A model generated the notes under the pieces. It did no database searches. It saw only the letters and a list, made by a program, of their open reading frames with translations, and was not told the origin of the DNA. DNA of 64,000 nt from Pirellulales bacterium (GTDB lineage Bacteria > Planctomycetota > Planctomycetia > Pirellulales > JAICIG01): the NCBI GenBank assembly GCA_035531595.1, contig DATKSN010000032.1:20801-84800 (forward strand), in the 5' to 3' direction. The position numbers and the translations under genes were made by a program. Shown piece by piece: positions 35,850-44,876 of the stretch (its first letter is position 1; every line of letters begins with the position of its first letter).

Positions 35850-36283
35850 AAGTCCATCATTTCCGTTTGGCGACGTTGTCGCGGCTCCGCGAGGCGGTGC
35901 GCGATGAACGGCGCAAGCAGTTGGCCGAAACCCTGGGCGTCGCGGACGCGACCACGGCGCGGCGCGACGAGCTCGACGGCGAGTTGGAGGAACTGAAGCG
36001 GTGTCGAGCCGCGCCCGCCGGCACGGTCGACGTCGAGCGCCTGCTCGACGCCGACCGCTACGAGGCGCTGCTGCGCCTCGAGCGGGGGCGGGTCGAGCAA
36101 CGGCGGCAAGCGTTTGAAAGCGAGATCGAAAAGCGGCGTGAAGCCCTGCTCGCGGCCGACCGCGACGTTCGCGCTCTGGAACATCTTGCCGACACGCACG
36201 AGCGGCGGCGTTTGGCCGAGGAGGATCGCCGCGGGATGAAGGAACTCGACGAAGTCGCCCAGCGGCGGCAGGTCGTAGGTTAG
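35846..36283 (+). CDS. fliJ: Flagellar export chaperone FliJ-like
   Basis: 145-aa coiled-coil protein. GTG overlaps the fliI stop. The position after fliI and the RLATLSRLRE ... LRLERGRVEQRRQAFE pattern fit FliJ. Confidence 0.6.
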   Translation: MKVHHFRLATLSRLREAVRDERRKQLAETLGVADATTARRDELDGELEELKRCRAAPAGTVDVERLLDADRYEALLRLERGRVEQRRQAFESEIEKRREALLAADRDVRALEHLADTHERRRLAEEDRRGMKELDEVAQRRQVVG

Positions 36284-36293
36284 GCGTTCTTTC

Positions 36294-37157
36294 TCACTTC
36301 TTCAGCATTTCATCAACGAACTCAAACAACACCTTCGTCGATGGATCATCGGGTAGGCCGAGGTTCTCGTTGAGCTTGGAGTGATCGGTGTCCTTGGCTC
36401 CAAAGAGCTTCGCAGCGATGCCGGCTTCGGTGAGCACGGAGCCGAGACGCTGGGCTTGGGCGGTGGTGTCGGGGTGGCCGGCGACGTACAGGAGCAGGAA
36501 GGGCGAGATGCCTTTGTCACGCTTGACGTGGTTGACGGCGGAGAAATCGCGGTGCTTCACCGGATCGCCGCCGAACTTCTCGTAGTGGCCGAATTTCGGA
36601 TTGGGCTGGCCGAGGGCCTTGCGACGCGCGGCACCCGTCTCGATCATCAGCGGAACGTCGTAGGTGTCGCCGTCGACGGGCACGCAGCCTTTGATGTTTG
36701 CCAGCGACAGTCCCTCGGCTTTCAGGTAGCGGTCGTCGGTGCAGATCAAGGCCGCGAGTTGGGCACCAGCGGAATGGCCCATAACCAGGAGGCGTTTCGG
36801 ATCACCGCCATGCTCGGTGATGTGGTCATGAACCCAGTGAATGGATTTCGCAACGTCGCGGACGATGGTTCCCATGTCGACGTTCGGCAGGAATCGGTAG
36901 TTCGTGGAGACGAAGACAAATCCTTGATCGACAAAGGCCTTCGGCTTTCCTTGCACGCTCGTTTTGTCACCCACCTGCCAGCCGCCGCCGTGAATCCAGA
37001 AGATCACGGGCAGATCCTTTGCGTTTTCAGGCGCATAAACATCGAGCATCTGCCGTTCATTCGCGGGCTCAGCGTAGGGAATGTCGCGTTGGACGTTCTG
37101 GGCCTGCGCCACAGACACGAAAGCGAAGGCGATGAGGAGAGGGGAGACTTGTTTCAT
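36294..37157 (-). CDS. Secreted alpha/beta-hydrolase (carboxylesterase, HGGG type)
   Basis: Signal peptide [19 protein letters not shown], oxyanion motif IHGGGW and nucleophile elbow GHSAGA. The gene looks AT-richer than its surroundings by eye. Confidence 0.8.
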   Translation of the reverse strand: MKQVSPLLIAFAFVSVAQAQNVQRDIPYAEPANERQMLDVYAPENAKDLPVIFWIHGGGWQVGDKTSVQGKPKAFVDQGFVFVSTNYRFLPNVDMGTIVRDVAKSIHWVHDHITEHGGDPKRLLVMGHSAGAQLAALICTDDRYLKAEGLSLANIKGCVPVDGDTYDVPLMIETGAARRKALGQPNPKFGHYEKFGGDPVKHRDFSAVNHVKRDKGISPFLLLYVAGHPDTTAQAQRLGSVLTEAGIAAKLFGAKDTDHSKLNENLGLPDDPSTKVLFEFVDEMLKK

Positions 37158-37465
37158 GTTCGGGTGCTGTTGCCGTCAATGGAAAGTGGTAAAGTTGTTC
37201 GGTACTCAAAATGCGATATGATTCTAGCCCGGCCTTGAATACCGTACAATGGGCACTCAATGCCCCACAATGCCCTGCTGCCATACACTTGGGGGTTGCC
37301 ACGAAGCGGAATGGGATTCATGTGTGTGCCATCTCGGCAATATCGCCTACCGGACGCAAAGGGCGCTCCAATGCAATCCTGAAAACGGCCACATCCTCGA
37401 CGACGAGGCCGCGATGGCCTTCGGGCGGCGCGAATACGAACCGGGCTGGAAGCCGGTCGTTTGAG

Positions 37466-37517
37466 TGTCGCCTTTCGCTCCGCGAAAGAACGCCCTTTCG
37501 CGGAGCGAAAGGCGACA
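37466..37517. repeat. 52-bp perfect hairpin (23-bp stem)
   Basis: TGTCGCCTTTCGCTCCGCGAAAG AACGCC CTTTCGCGGAGCGAAAGGCGACA, in the AT-richer spacer upstream of the DUF11 gene. Confidence 0.85.
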
Positions 37518-37760
37518 GCAGGGATTGTCGTCCTTCCAGGGAGAACGAAAATGATCGTCCAATGGCATAGGGATGTCTTCGTCCCCGCGCGGCGCCAACA
37601 CGTCTATGAACAGATGAGCACCGAAGGGTTGCTCGCTAAAACGCCAGTGTTAGCGCGGGACCATGAATATTCCGACAAGGCGGTTAAAGCCCGACGATCG
37701 CGCCAGCCGATACAGGACGATGGAATTGTGTACCACCGTATCGAATGTAAGGGTCATGCC

Positions 37761-39743
37761 ATGCTTCGGACGACTGCGACGGCCGGGTTCATCGTTGCGG
37801 GCTTGATGGTTGTGGTCGCTCCCGCCGCGGCCCAGGACAATAATGAATCGCCGACGAAGACGACCTTTGTGAAACGCTTGGACCGAATTCGCCGGACGAT
37901 CATCGGCATACCGATGGACGATCAGGAACCGCCGGTAAAAACCTCCAAGTCCCCCAAAGCGCCGGTCCCGCGGCGGATGTCCCGGCAAGACGCGCTGCCC
38001 GCTAAAGCGACTTCGTCGAAATCCAAACCGAAGCGACCGTCGAGCCGTCGCGACGAGGTCGTCACCCAGATGGCCCGGCGGACGCAACTGGCCGAGACGC
38101 GAACTGCGACCACGCCGAGCGCGGCCGCGCCCCAAGTGGCTTCCAAAGCGACCGGTGGCGAGCGCCGAACGATTGAAAAGGAAAACATCGCCGCCACCCC
38201 GCCCGTGACGCCAACCAACCGCGCAACGCCCGCCGCCGCGGCGCGGCACAAACATAAGTCGGCCGCGTCGAGCAAACAGGCCGCGTCGAGCAAACAGGCC
38301 GCGTTGTCGGGCGACAATCTCTTGCTGTCGGGGCAGGGGCCGCGGTTATCCATTGAAACGGCGGGGCCGAAACAGCTGCTGGTGGGACAAGAGGCGGCCT
38401 ACAAAATCACGGTTCACAACGAGGGCAAGACCCCCGCCGCCAACGTGATCGTCGCGATCAGCCTGCCCGCCTCGGCCGAGGTCGGCAACTCGCGTGCCAC
38501 CGCCGGCAAGGCGGAACGCGGCGATGGGGTGATCGAGTGGTCGATCGGCGGCCTGGCGCCGGCCAGCAACGCGGAACTGGTCCTGCCGATCGTCGCGCGC
38601 GAGAGCCGGTCGTTCGATCTGGCGGTGCGCTGGTCGGCGGCCTCGCCTTCCGCGCAGGCGACCGTCGAGGTTCAAGAACCCAAGCTGGAACTGCGAATCT
38701 CCGGACCGGCCGAAGTACGCTGCGGCGCCAAGGAAATCTACCGCTTGGCGGTGTCGAATCCGGGCAACGCGGACGCCGACGACGTGGTCATCCACTTGCT
38801 GCCGCTCGACGGCGACCATGGCAAACCCACGAGCCACAAGGTCGGCACGATCGGGGCCGGCGAGAGCGACATGGTGGAGATCGAACTGGTCGCGCGGCAA
38901 GGCGGCCAATTGACGATTCAGGCCGAGGCGACGGCGTCGGGCGGATTGAAGGCCAAGGCCGTTGAACAGGTGACGGTGAGGCGCGCCGCGATCGAGTTGG
39001 CCGTCAGCGGACCCAAGAAGCAATTCTCAGGCGGCGCGGCCAGCTACGAGATCGGGCTCAAAAACCCGGGCGACTCGGCCGCGGAACAGATCGTCATCAC
39101 GGCCCAACTCCCCGACGAGGCCGAGTTCGTCTCGGCGACTCCAAGCGGACGTTTCGACGCACAAGCGAGGCGAGTCACTTGGAAACTCGATCGGCTCTCG
39201 GCCGCCGCGGAGGAGGCGTTGACGCTCAAGTGCGTCTTGCTCAGCGCGGGGGAAAGCCAAGTCGATGTGACCGCCGCGGCCGAAGGCATTCCGAAGCAAA
39301 CCGCCTCCGCCACGACCACGGTCGTCGCGGTCGCCGACATCGTGTTGGAGGTGGCCGACCCGTCGGGGCCCGTGTCCGTGGGAGCGGACGCCGTCTACGA
39401 AATCCGGGTCCGCAACCGCGGCAACAAGCAAGCCGAGGGTGTGGAAATCGTGAGCTTTTTCTCCAATGGCGTCGAACCGGTTTCCGTCGAGGGCGGGCAG
39501 CACGAAATGGCGCCGGGGACCGTGGTGTTCGAACCCCTCAAGTCGCTCGAGGCCGGCGGACAGCGGGCCTTCAAGATCCACGCGCGGGCCGATGCTTCCG
39601 GCACCCACCGCTTCCGCGTCGAACTCAAGTGCAAGTCGACCGGGACCAATCTCGCCCAGGAAGAGACCACCCTCTACTACGGTGAGGAAGTCGAGGAGAG
39701 CAACGAACCTGCCCACCTCGGGGACGACGCGGCCGACGAGTAG
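37761..39743 (+). CDS. Secreted DUF11/CARDB-like repeat protein
   Basis: Start at MLRTTATAGFIVAGLMVVVAPAAAQ (internal ATG of the 37461 ORF). Basic low-complexity linker, then about five repeats of the type GxxxxYxIxVxNxGxxxAxxVxI. Confidence 0.65.
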   Translation: MLRTTATAGFIVAGLMVVVAPAAAQDNNESPTKTTFVKRLDRIRRTIIGIPMDDQEPPVKTSKSPKAPVPRRMSRQDALPAKATSSKSKPKRPSSRRDEVVTQMARRTQLAETRTATTPSAAAPQVASKATGGERRTIEKENIAATPPVTPTNRATPAAAARHKHKSAASSKQAASSKQAALSGDNLLLSGQGPRLSIETAGPKQLLVGQEAAYKITVHNEGKTPAANVIVAISLPASAEVGNSRATAGKAERGDGVIEWSIGGLAPASNAELVLPIVARESRSFDLAVRWSAASPSAQATVEVQEPKLELRISGPAEVRCGAKEIYRLAVSNPGNADADDVVIHLLPLDGDHGKPTSHKVGTIGAGESDMVEIELVARQGGQLTIQAEATASGGLKAKAVEQVTVRRAAIELAVSGPKKQFSGGAASYEIGLKNPGDSAAEQIVITAQLPDEAEFVSATPSGRFDAQARRVTWKLDRLSAAAEEALTLKCVLLSAGESQVDVTAAAEGIPKQTASATTTVVAVADIVLEVADPSGPVSVGADAVYEIRVRNRGNKQAEGVEIVSFFSNGVEPVSVEGGQHEMAPGTVVFEPLKSLEAGGQRAFKIHARADASGTHRFRVELKCKSTGTNLAQEETTLYYGEEVEESNEPAHLGDDAADE

Positions 39744-40147
39744 TTGGGTTGCGGCCGACGGATGCGCTACGGGTAGGGTGTTGAAAATTCGGTCTTGACT
39801 CGGATTTATCTTCCTGCCAGTTTTGTGTCGATGCGGCCGCGGGCCGACTTGTGGGCATCAGACCGTGTATGACCGAGAATTAGCGCCCGGTCACCCGCAT
39901 CGCCGTCGCGATCCGCGCGTCAGCCGCAACGCGGCATGATTCCACAGCCCAGGGCGCAGCCCTCGTTGTTCCACACATCTTGTAAAGAGGCCAGGGGCTT
40001 GCCCAATGGAGTTTCACGCTCGTATCGACACACGCAGGCTCCCCTGATTACCTGTCTTTCCCCGTGTCGCCCCGCCGGCTGCCACGAACTTCGTTTCCTT
40101 CGTTTACTTCTGTTCAATTCGCCGCCCTCGCTCCCAGGGCCATTCCA

Positions 40148-41046
40148 ATGTCAAGAGCCATTCTCGCTGTTCTGCTGACCGCCATTCCCGCCTCCGCGCA
40201 GGATGCCAAGCCAGCCGATCCCGCGCCTCTGCAGTTGACGGCCGCGCAGGACCACAAACTGATGATGGAAGCGCTAGGAATCAAGTCGCTGCGCGAGGGC
40301 GCCAACGGCATGAACCGCGACGCGCCGAACGCCGCCAACTACAACGAAGCGATCTCCAAAGGGTGGGGCTTCGCGATCATTGTCCCCAACAGCATTCAGG
40401 CCGACAACGGCGGGGGACTGACCAGGGGCATGATCGGCCTCTGCAACAAGGGCCAGGTCCGCAAACCAGACGATTGGGGCGCCTTGCGCGCCTGGGCCTG
40501 GGGTGCCAGCCGCGCACTCGACTACTTTGAGACCGATCAGGCCGTCGACGCCAAGCAGGTCGGCATCGAGGGGCTTTCCCGGTATGGCAAGGGGCGGCGC
40601 TGGTCGCGATGGCGTACGATCAGCGCTTCGCCATCGGCTTCATCGGCTCCTCGGGCGAGGGCGGGGCAAAGCTCCACCGCCGCAACTTCGGCGAGTTGGT
40701 CGAGAACCTCACCGGTTCCGGCGAGTATCATTGGATGGCTGGGAACTTCCTCAAGTACGGCGGCCCCTTGACGCCGGCTGACCTGCCGGTCGACGCCCAT
40801 GAACTGATCGCCCTGTGCGCACCGCGGCCAACATTCATCAGCTACGGCGCCGCAACCGGTCCAGGAGCCGAGGGGCAATGGGTGGATCAGCGAGGCAGCT
40901 TCCTCGCGGCCGTGGCCGCCGGTCCTGTGTTCAGGCTGCTGGGAAAGAAGGATCTCGGCACGGCCGAGTTCCCGGAAGTCGAGACGCCGATCATCGACGG
41001 CGAGCTTGCCTTTCGTCAGCACAAGGGCGGCCACACCACTGGCTAA
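40148..41046 (+). pseudogene. CE15 glucuronoyl-esterase-like gene, frameshifted and internally shortened
   Basis: Two overlapping ORFs (40064..40771 and 40609..41046) together read ...GIEGLSRYGK|(G)AALVAMAYDQRFAIGFIGSSGEGGAKLHRRNFGE...FRQHKGGHTTG. The frame changes in the G-run at 40591-40594. About 300 codons in total, where I recall ~400 for the family. Confidence 0.7.
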
Positions 41047-41337
41047 CCGCGCAGGCGCCGGATGTACCGGCCACCGCCTGGCCGTGCTGCGACAGGGACT
41101 GAGACAACACAGCATCGCCTCGCGGAAAAGGACCGACTACGTTTTACGTTTTCTCCAACAGCACCCTCCGTAGGAGGAGTCGAGTGAGTGAAAACGTCGA
41201 ATTGTCGAGCTTGGACCTGCGTTACGAGAACCATCGGCGGCGGGACGACGGTCGCGGTCTTTCTGTTGGTGACGGGGAAGGCCCAACGGCGCGTCGGCGC
41301 CGAACTCCGCGGTACCGGGCCGCAGGTCTGGCGTGGG

Positions 41338-41367
41338 GTTTCTAGGCAGCGCCGCGTAGGGGACGCG
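41338..41367. repeat. 30-mer repeat, copy 1
   Basis: GTTTCTAGGCAGCGCCGCGTAGGGGACGCG, identical to 42756-42785. Here it sits just left of MITE copy B3. Confidence 0.85.
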
Positions 41368-41389
41368 GGCCGGCGTTTGCCGGCGAGCT

Positions 41390-41483
41390 ATACTTCACGC
41401 GGTCGAGAACGAGACATTCACGGTGGCTGGGGCAGAGCCTAAGCGATGCCCCGGTCGCTATCTAGCCGGGGCGTCGCTTACGC
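41390..41483. mobile_element. Palindromic MITE-like element, copy B3 (right half missing)
   Basis: ATACTTCACGCGGTCGAGAACGAGACATTCACGGTGGCTGGGGCAGAGCCTAAGCGATGCCCCGG...CCGGGGCGTCGCTTACGCC, then unrelated sequence. Confidence 0.75.
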
Positions 41484-41840
41484 CGGGTTTTTTCACGCGT
41501 GGCCGGCCACGAAGAGTAGATCTATCTCGACTTGGCCGAGCAGCAACGGCGTGCGGTGGCGACCCGATCCTGTTTCCGCACGGCGAGCAGGGGAGCGGAA
41601 AAGGCACGCAAGCCCGCGTCCCGTCCACGTCGGATGCTGCGGATCCCGATCAGCGCCAAGCGATCACCGAGGCCGCGGATGCCATCGACGGTCAGGCGTG
41701 TGAAGCTTCTCCAGGCGCGTCGGCCAGACGGCGAAGGCGAGACAGGATGACCAGGGGGCGCAGGATGGAAAGCAAGGCTTCCGACTTCTCCGACCGTATC
41801 CTGTGAATCCCGTCAATCCTGTCCGAGAAAAGCGTTCGGG

Positions 41841-42134
41841 GTGAGTTTTCTGACGGCGGCCATCCAAAGTTCGGTCGAGGTGGCGCTCAACGCCGACCGC
41901 TCGACCGATGAGTACAAGAACTTGCTCTACGAGATCGTCGATGAGTGCAGTCGCTTGGGCGTGCTAGGTCGGCCGCGCCGCGCCGGGGCACCCTGGCGAC
42001 CAGGTCATCCTGCGGGTCACGGACAGCGGGGGGGCATCAGCGCCGACGACCTGCCGCACATCTTTGAACGCTTCTACCTGGGCGACAGGTCGCGGCACCG
42101 CGATGATCCCGATAAGGCGGATGAAGGCGGATGA
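41841..42134 (+). pseudogene. Sensor histidine kinase relic
   Basis: The 97-aa ORF holds a DHp-like piece (AAIQSSVEVALNADRSTDEYKNLLYEIVDECSRLG) joined directly to a G1-box piece (GGISADDLPHIFERFY). QVILRVTDSG is readable only in another frame across a G7 run (42028-42034). There is no H-box, N-box or G2-box. Confidence 0.6.
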
Positions 42135-42755
42135 AGACACCCAGCGTTTGGGCGGATGAAGGAGGCGCATTGAAGCGGGTCGCAGTTTTTTTGCCGGCCA
42201 CCTCTTGCCCGCACTAACGTACAGCGGTAGAATGCAACTGGGTTCGAGGTCAGGTTGTCATTTGTCCCTGGTATCTATGACGATGACACTTTTCACCGCT
42301 TCACGTCACGGCTGCGCAGGCGGGCGCGCGGCATGGCCAGCCGCGGCGCCGCGGCCGCGACAAAACCATCACGACCCACCGGCGTCCGCAACCACGATCG
42401 GCCCGCAGCCGGGCCCATCGGCGGCCAATGCAGCGATTTCGCCGAAAAATGCTAACCGAACGCGCCGCTATGGCGCGCGGCGGTCGCCAATCCGCGCGCC
42501 CGGAATCGCGGGTGGGGCCGACCACCTGTCAAAATGAAGTCGGATTGCCACGCGGAGGTCGTGCCTAGTTTATGGGCAGAGCTGCTCAAACCGTAGGCAG
42601 CCCGCTGCCAAAGCGATGATCGCGATGAGCCGAGAGGCAGGAACCGCCCACCGAAAAAGCCCTATGAAAATCCATAGAAAACAGTTTTTCGCGTCAAGGA
42701 TTTCTTCCGATTTGCCAGCCGTTTCAGCAGGCGCCGCGGGCGGTTTTGGTGCTCA

Positions 42756-42785
42756 GTTTCTAGGCAGCGCCGCGTAGGGGACGCG
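42756..42785. repeat. 30-mer repeat, copy 2
   Basis: GTTTCTAGGCAGCGCCGCGTAGGGGACGCG, identical to 41338-41367. Confidence 0.85.
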
Positions 42786-42862
42786 AGCTGATGAGCCCAA
42801 ACGAAATCCGCCGAAGGCGGGAAGCCCGCAGTCAAAGCACCTTGAGCGTGACGTGATACGTT

Positions 42863-43105
42863 ACCCCCCACAAGTGTGCGGACGCTGCCGCCCTGGGAAG
42901 TGAGGTCGCCGCGATCCGGAGCTCGTGCCATAAGTCCAACGGCACCTACAACTTGCGACGTGCAATCTGATACCCCCCATTGGTGTGCGGACGCTGCCCT
43001 TGGGCGCAGGTCATTGGCACATGCATGCATCCACAGCGCAAGTCGAATAGCTGAAACAGTTTGCGCAAGATTCATTGCCACCCCCCACTGGTGTGCGGAC
43101 GCTCC
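42863..43105. repeat. Three copies of a 26-nt motif at a 108-109-bp period
   Basis: ACCCCCCACAAGTGTGCGGACGCTGC (42863), ACCCCCCATTGGTGTGCGGACGCTGC (42972) and ACCCCCCACTGGTGTGCGGACGCTCC (43080). The intervening sequence is only weakly similar. Confidence 0.8.
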
Positions 43106-43256
43106 GGACGCTGAATTACCCACCTTCTATCAGCACCGCCCGGGCCGGCTGCCCCGAAATGGCCCGGACTGCCAATTTGGCAGCCGGGTTGGTTCGAGAT
43201 TCAGGCTCGACCGGATTGCATCTTTTGTTGTGTGAGGCGGTGGGTGACCGGACACT

Positions 43257-43733
43257 ATGGGGTTGAGGATGAACAACATGGATCTCGCCGAGTTGATCAG
43301 TACGTTTCGCGCTCCACTCGTGGGGCTCATCGCCTCCTGGGGTGCGCCGTGGGCGGACGCGGCCGAGATCGCTCAGGATAGTCTTGCGGAGGCGTACCTG
43401 AACCGAGCGTCCTGCCGCGGAGACTGGTCCAATCCCGACGTATTCGGCAGCTGGCTGCGCGGCGTGGCGCGCAACGTGTACCGCAATTGGGCGCGAGGAC
43501 GGCGGCGGCGCCAACGGGCGGTGAAGTTCGACTCGGCCGCGGTGGAGCGGGCGGTTTCCCCGCCGACCCCGGAGCCTTCGCAACAAATCCAACTCTTGCG
43601 GCAAGCGATCGAGCGACTTCCAGTCCAGCAGCGTCCATCATCACCGGCGGCAAGTGTACCGCGCTCGCCGTGCCGCTGGCGCATGCATCAGGCCTCAACA
43701 AGCTGCTCGGCTATGTGGCGATGCCGGCCATGA
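43257..43733 (+). CDS. ECF-type sigma-70 factor, apparently lacking region 4.2
   Basis: The region 2 pattern (AEIAQDSLAEAY ... FGSWLRGVARNVYRNWAR) and the start of region 4 (LLRQAIERLPVQQR) are present. The following 35 aa (PSSPAASVPRSPCRW...) do not look like an HTH. Confidence 0.5.
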   Translation: MGLRMNNMDLAELISTFRAPLVGLIASWGAPWADAAEIAQDSLAEAYLNRASCRGDWSNPDVFGSWLRGVARNVYRNWARGRRRRQRAVKFDSAAVERAVSPPTPEPSQQIQLLRQAIERLPVQQRPSSPAASVPRSPCRWRMHQASTSCSAMWRCRP

Positions 43734-44851
43734 GTCTGTTCGTGCTTCCGGCCGCCGCCATCTTCGCCGCCGCCAAGATTCGCAGCCTTCAGAGGGACAA
43801 CACCCCTGACGTCACCGATCAGCAGGCGATCCTGAACGCGACTGCCCTTTGGGCGCGGCGGCACAAGGCATTCCTTCATGGCCTCCTTTGGGGAACGCTG
43901 GTCCTGGCCTGGATCGGCGCGACGTCGCTGATGTTGCTGCTCTATTTGATCTCCCTGGGGGTGCTGTTGTACGTTCTGTCGGGCTTCGTCAAGCTCGGGG
44001 TGGCGCATCGCCACATAATCGGCCAGTCCTGTCTGATGGGCCTGATGTTTCTCGGGCAGGTTTCCATGTTTTCTGGAATAGGTGACCAGGATATTCATTT
44101 TGTCGATCCGCAACTCGTTGTCGCCGTCTTCCTCGGCGGCGTGTTGGTGCTACTACCGTTGGTGAGTGGCAGCCTCGATCCATGGGTCCGCCGGCGGTTC
44201 AAGGGAAATCCTCGATGGGTCGTGGTTGGCCTGATCGCGGGACTGCTAATACCATTGCGCAATGACCTGACACCCAGGGACCGAGACTATCTGGAAAAAC
44301 GGCTGCACGTCACACTGGAGGAATTGGCGGAAAGTCCGTATGACGTCCTGGAGACGGCGCTGCGCGTGACGCAACTATTGGAGGTCATCCAGCGCCCCAT
44401 CGACCGCGCCCGATACCGCGACAGGGTACATGACTGGCTACGGAAATTCCACAGCAAGCAAGGTGGTGGATTCCAAGCCGCCGGCGGTTTCAGGCAGTAC
44501 CTCAATGAGCCGGAAGGCTTCCTAGAGCGGTTTCCATGGTCACCGGTCGGGTCCGTGGAAGTGACCTCGTACGCCGTCCAACTCATGCGGATTTATGGGG
44601 TTCCCGACGGGCTCGATCTCAATTGGGTGCGCTCGTTCCTGCGGCCGCGGTCTTCAAGCGCCTTGAGCGAGGACAAGTGGATGACCGCGGTCACGCTGGA
44701 CCGTCTGAACCTTGTGCCCGGCGCGGCGCACCCGACCTGGCTTGCGGTGGTGTACTACGAACGCAGCTTGATTATGGCCGCACTGCTGGTCGCGCTGTGC
44801 ATCTACGCCACACTCTCCTCGGCTCGCCTTCGTCTCTGTTTAAATCGGTGA
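43721..44851 (+). CDS. Membrane protein with C-terminal prenyltransferase/alpha-toroid-like repeats
   Basis: Start at MPAMSLFVLPAAAIFAAAKI, about 6 TM helices, then a soluble part (HSKQGGGFQAAGGFRQY ... VEVTSYAVQLMRIYG). Possible anti-sigma partner by position only. Confidence 0.5.
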   Translation: MPAMSLFVLPAAAIFAAAKIRSLQRDNTPDVTDQQAILNATALWARRHKAFLHGLLWGTLVLAWIGATSLMLLLYLISLGVLLYVLSGFVKLGVAHRHIIGQSCLMGLMFLGQVSMFSGIGDQDIHFVDPQLVVAVFLGGVLVLLPLVSGSLDPWVRRRFKGNPRWVVVGLIAGLLIPLRNDLTPRDRDYLEKRLHVTLEELAESPYDVLETALRVTQLLEVIQRPIDRARYRDRVHDWLRKFHSKQGGGFQAAGGFRQYLNEPEGFLERFPWSPVGSVEVTSYAVQLMRIYGVPDGLDLNWVRSFLRPRSSSALSEDKWMTAVTLDRLNLVPGAAHPTWLAVVYYERSLIMAALLVALCIYATLSSARLRLCLNR

Positions 44852-44876
44852 AATCCGTCAGGCTGGAAAGCCTGAC

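Noticed and set aside
40585-40600. Programmed ribosomal frameshift in the CE15 gene.
   Set aside because: There is no slippery heptamer or downstream structure, and the gene shows additional lesions (internal shortening, early end). A pseudogene or a homopolymer sequencing error is the simpler explanation.
41184-41342. SD-preceded (AGGAGGA) GTG ORF beginning VSENVELSSLDLRYENHRRRDD, vaguely reminiscent of the N-terminus of ParB-like domain proteins.
   Set aside because: Only about 20 residues are suggestive, and the remainder is low-complexity Arg/Gly that runs into repeat sequence. It is too short to call and is probably another gene fragment.
42236-42262. tRNA-like T-arm resemblance (GGGTTCGAGGTC).
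   Set aside because: No acceptor stem, D-arm or anticodon arm can be built around it, and the T-loop consensus GGTTCGAATCC is not matched.
42788-42833. Hammerhead-ribozyme-like core: CUGAUGAG at 42788 followed by GAAA at 42803 and a GUC at 42831.
   Set aside because: The 8 nt between CUGAUGA and GAAA (gcccaaac) cannot form helix II. The CCGCC-GAA-GGCGG hairpin is not positioned as helix III with an A15.1-U16.1 closing pair. An 8-mer match is expected by chance about once or twice in 128 kb of two-strand sequence.
42863-43105. Possible CRISPR array (regularly spaced conserved 26-mers).
   Set aside because: There are only three copies, the spacers are ~83 nt (far longer than typical), the repeats are imperfect, the inter-repeat sequence shows faint homology (tandem-duplication-like), and no cas genes are in the window.
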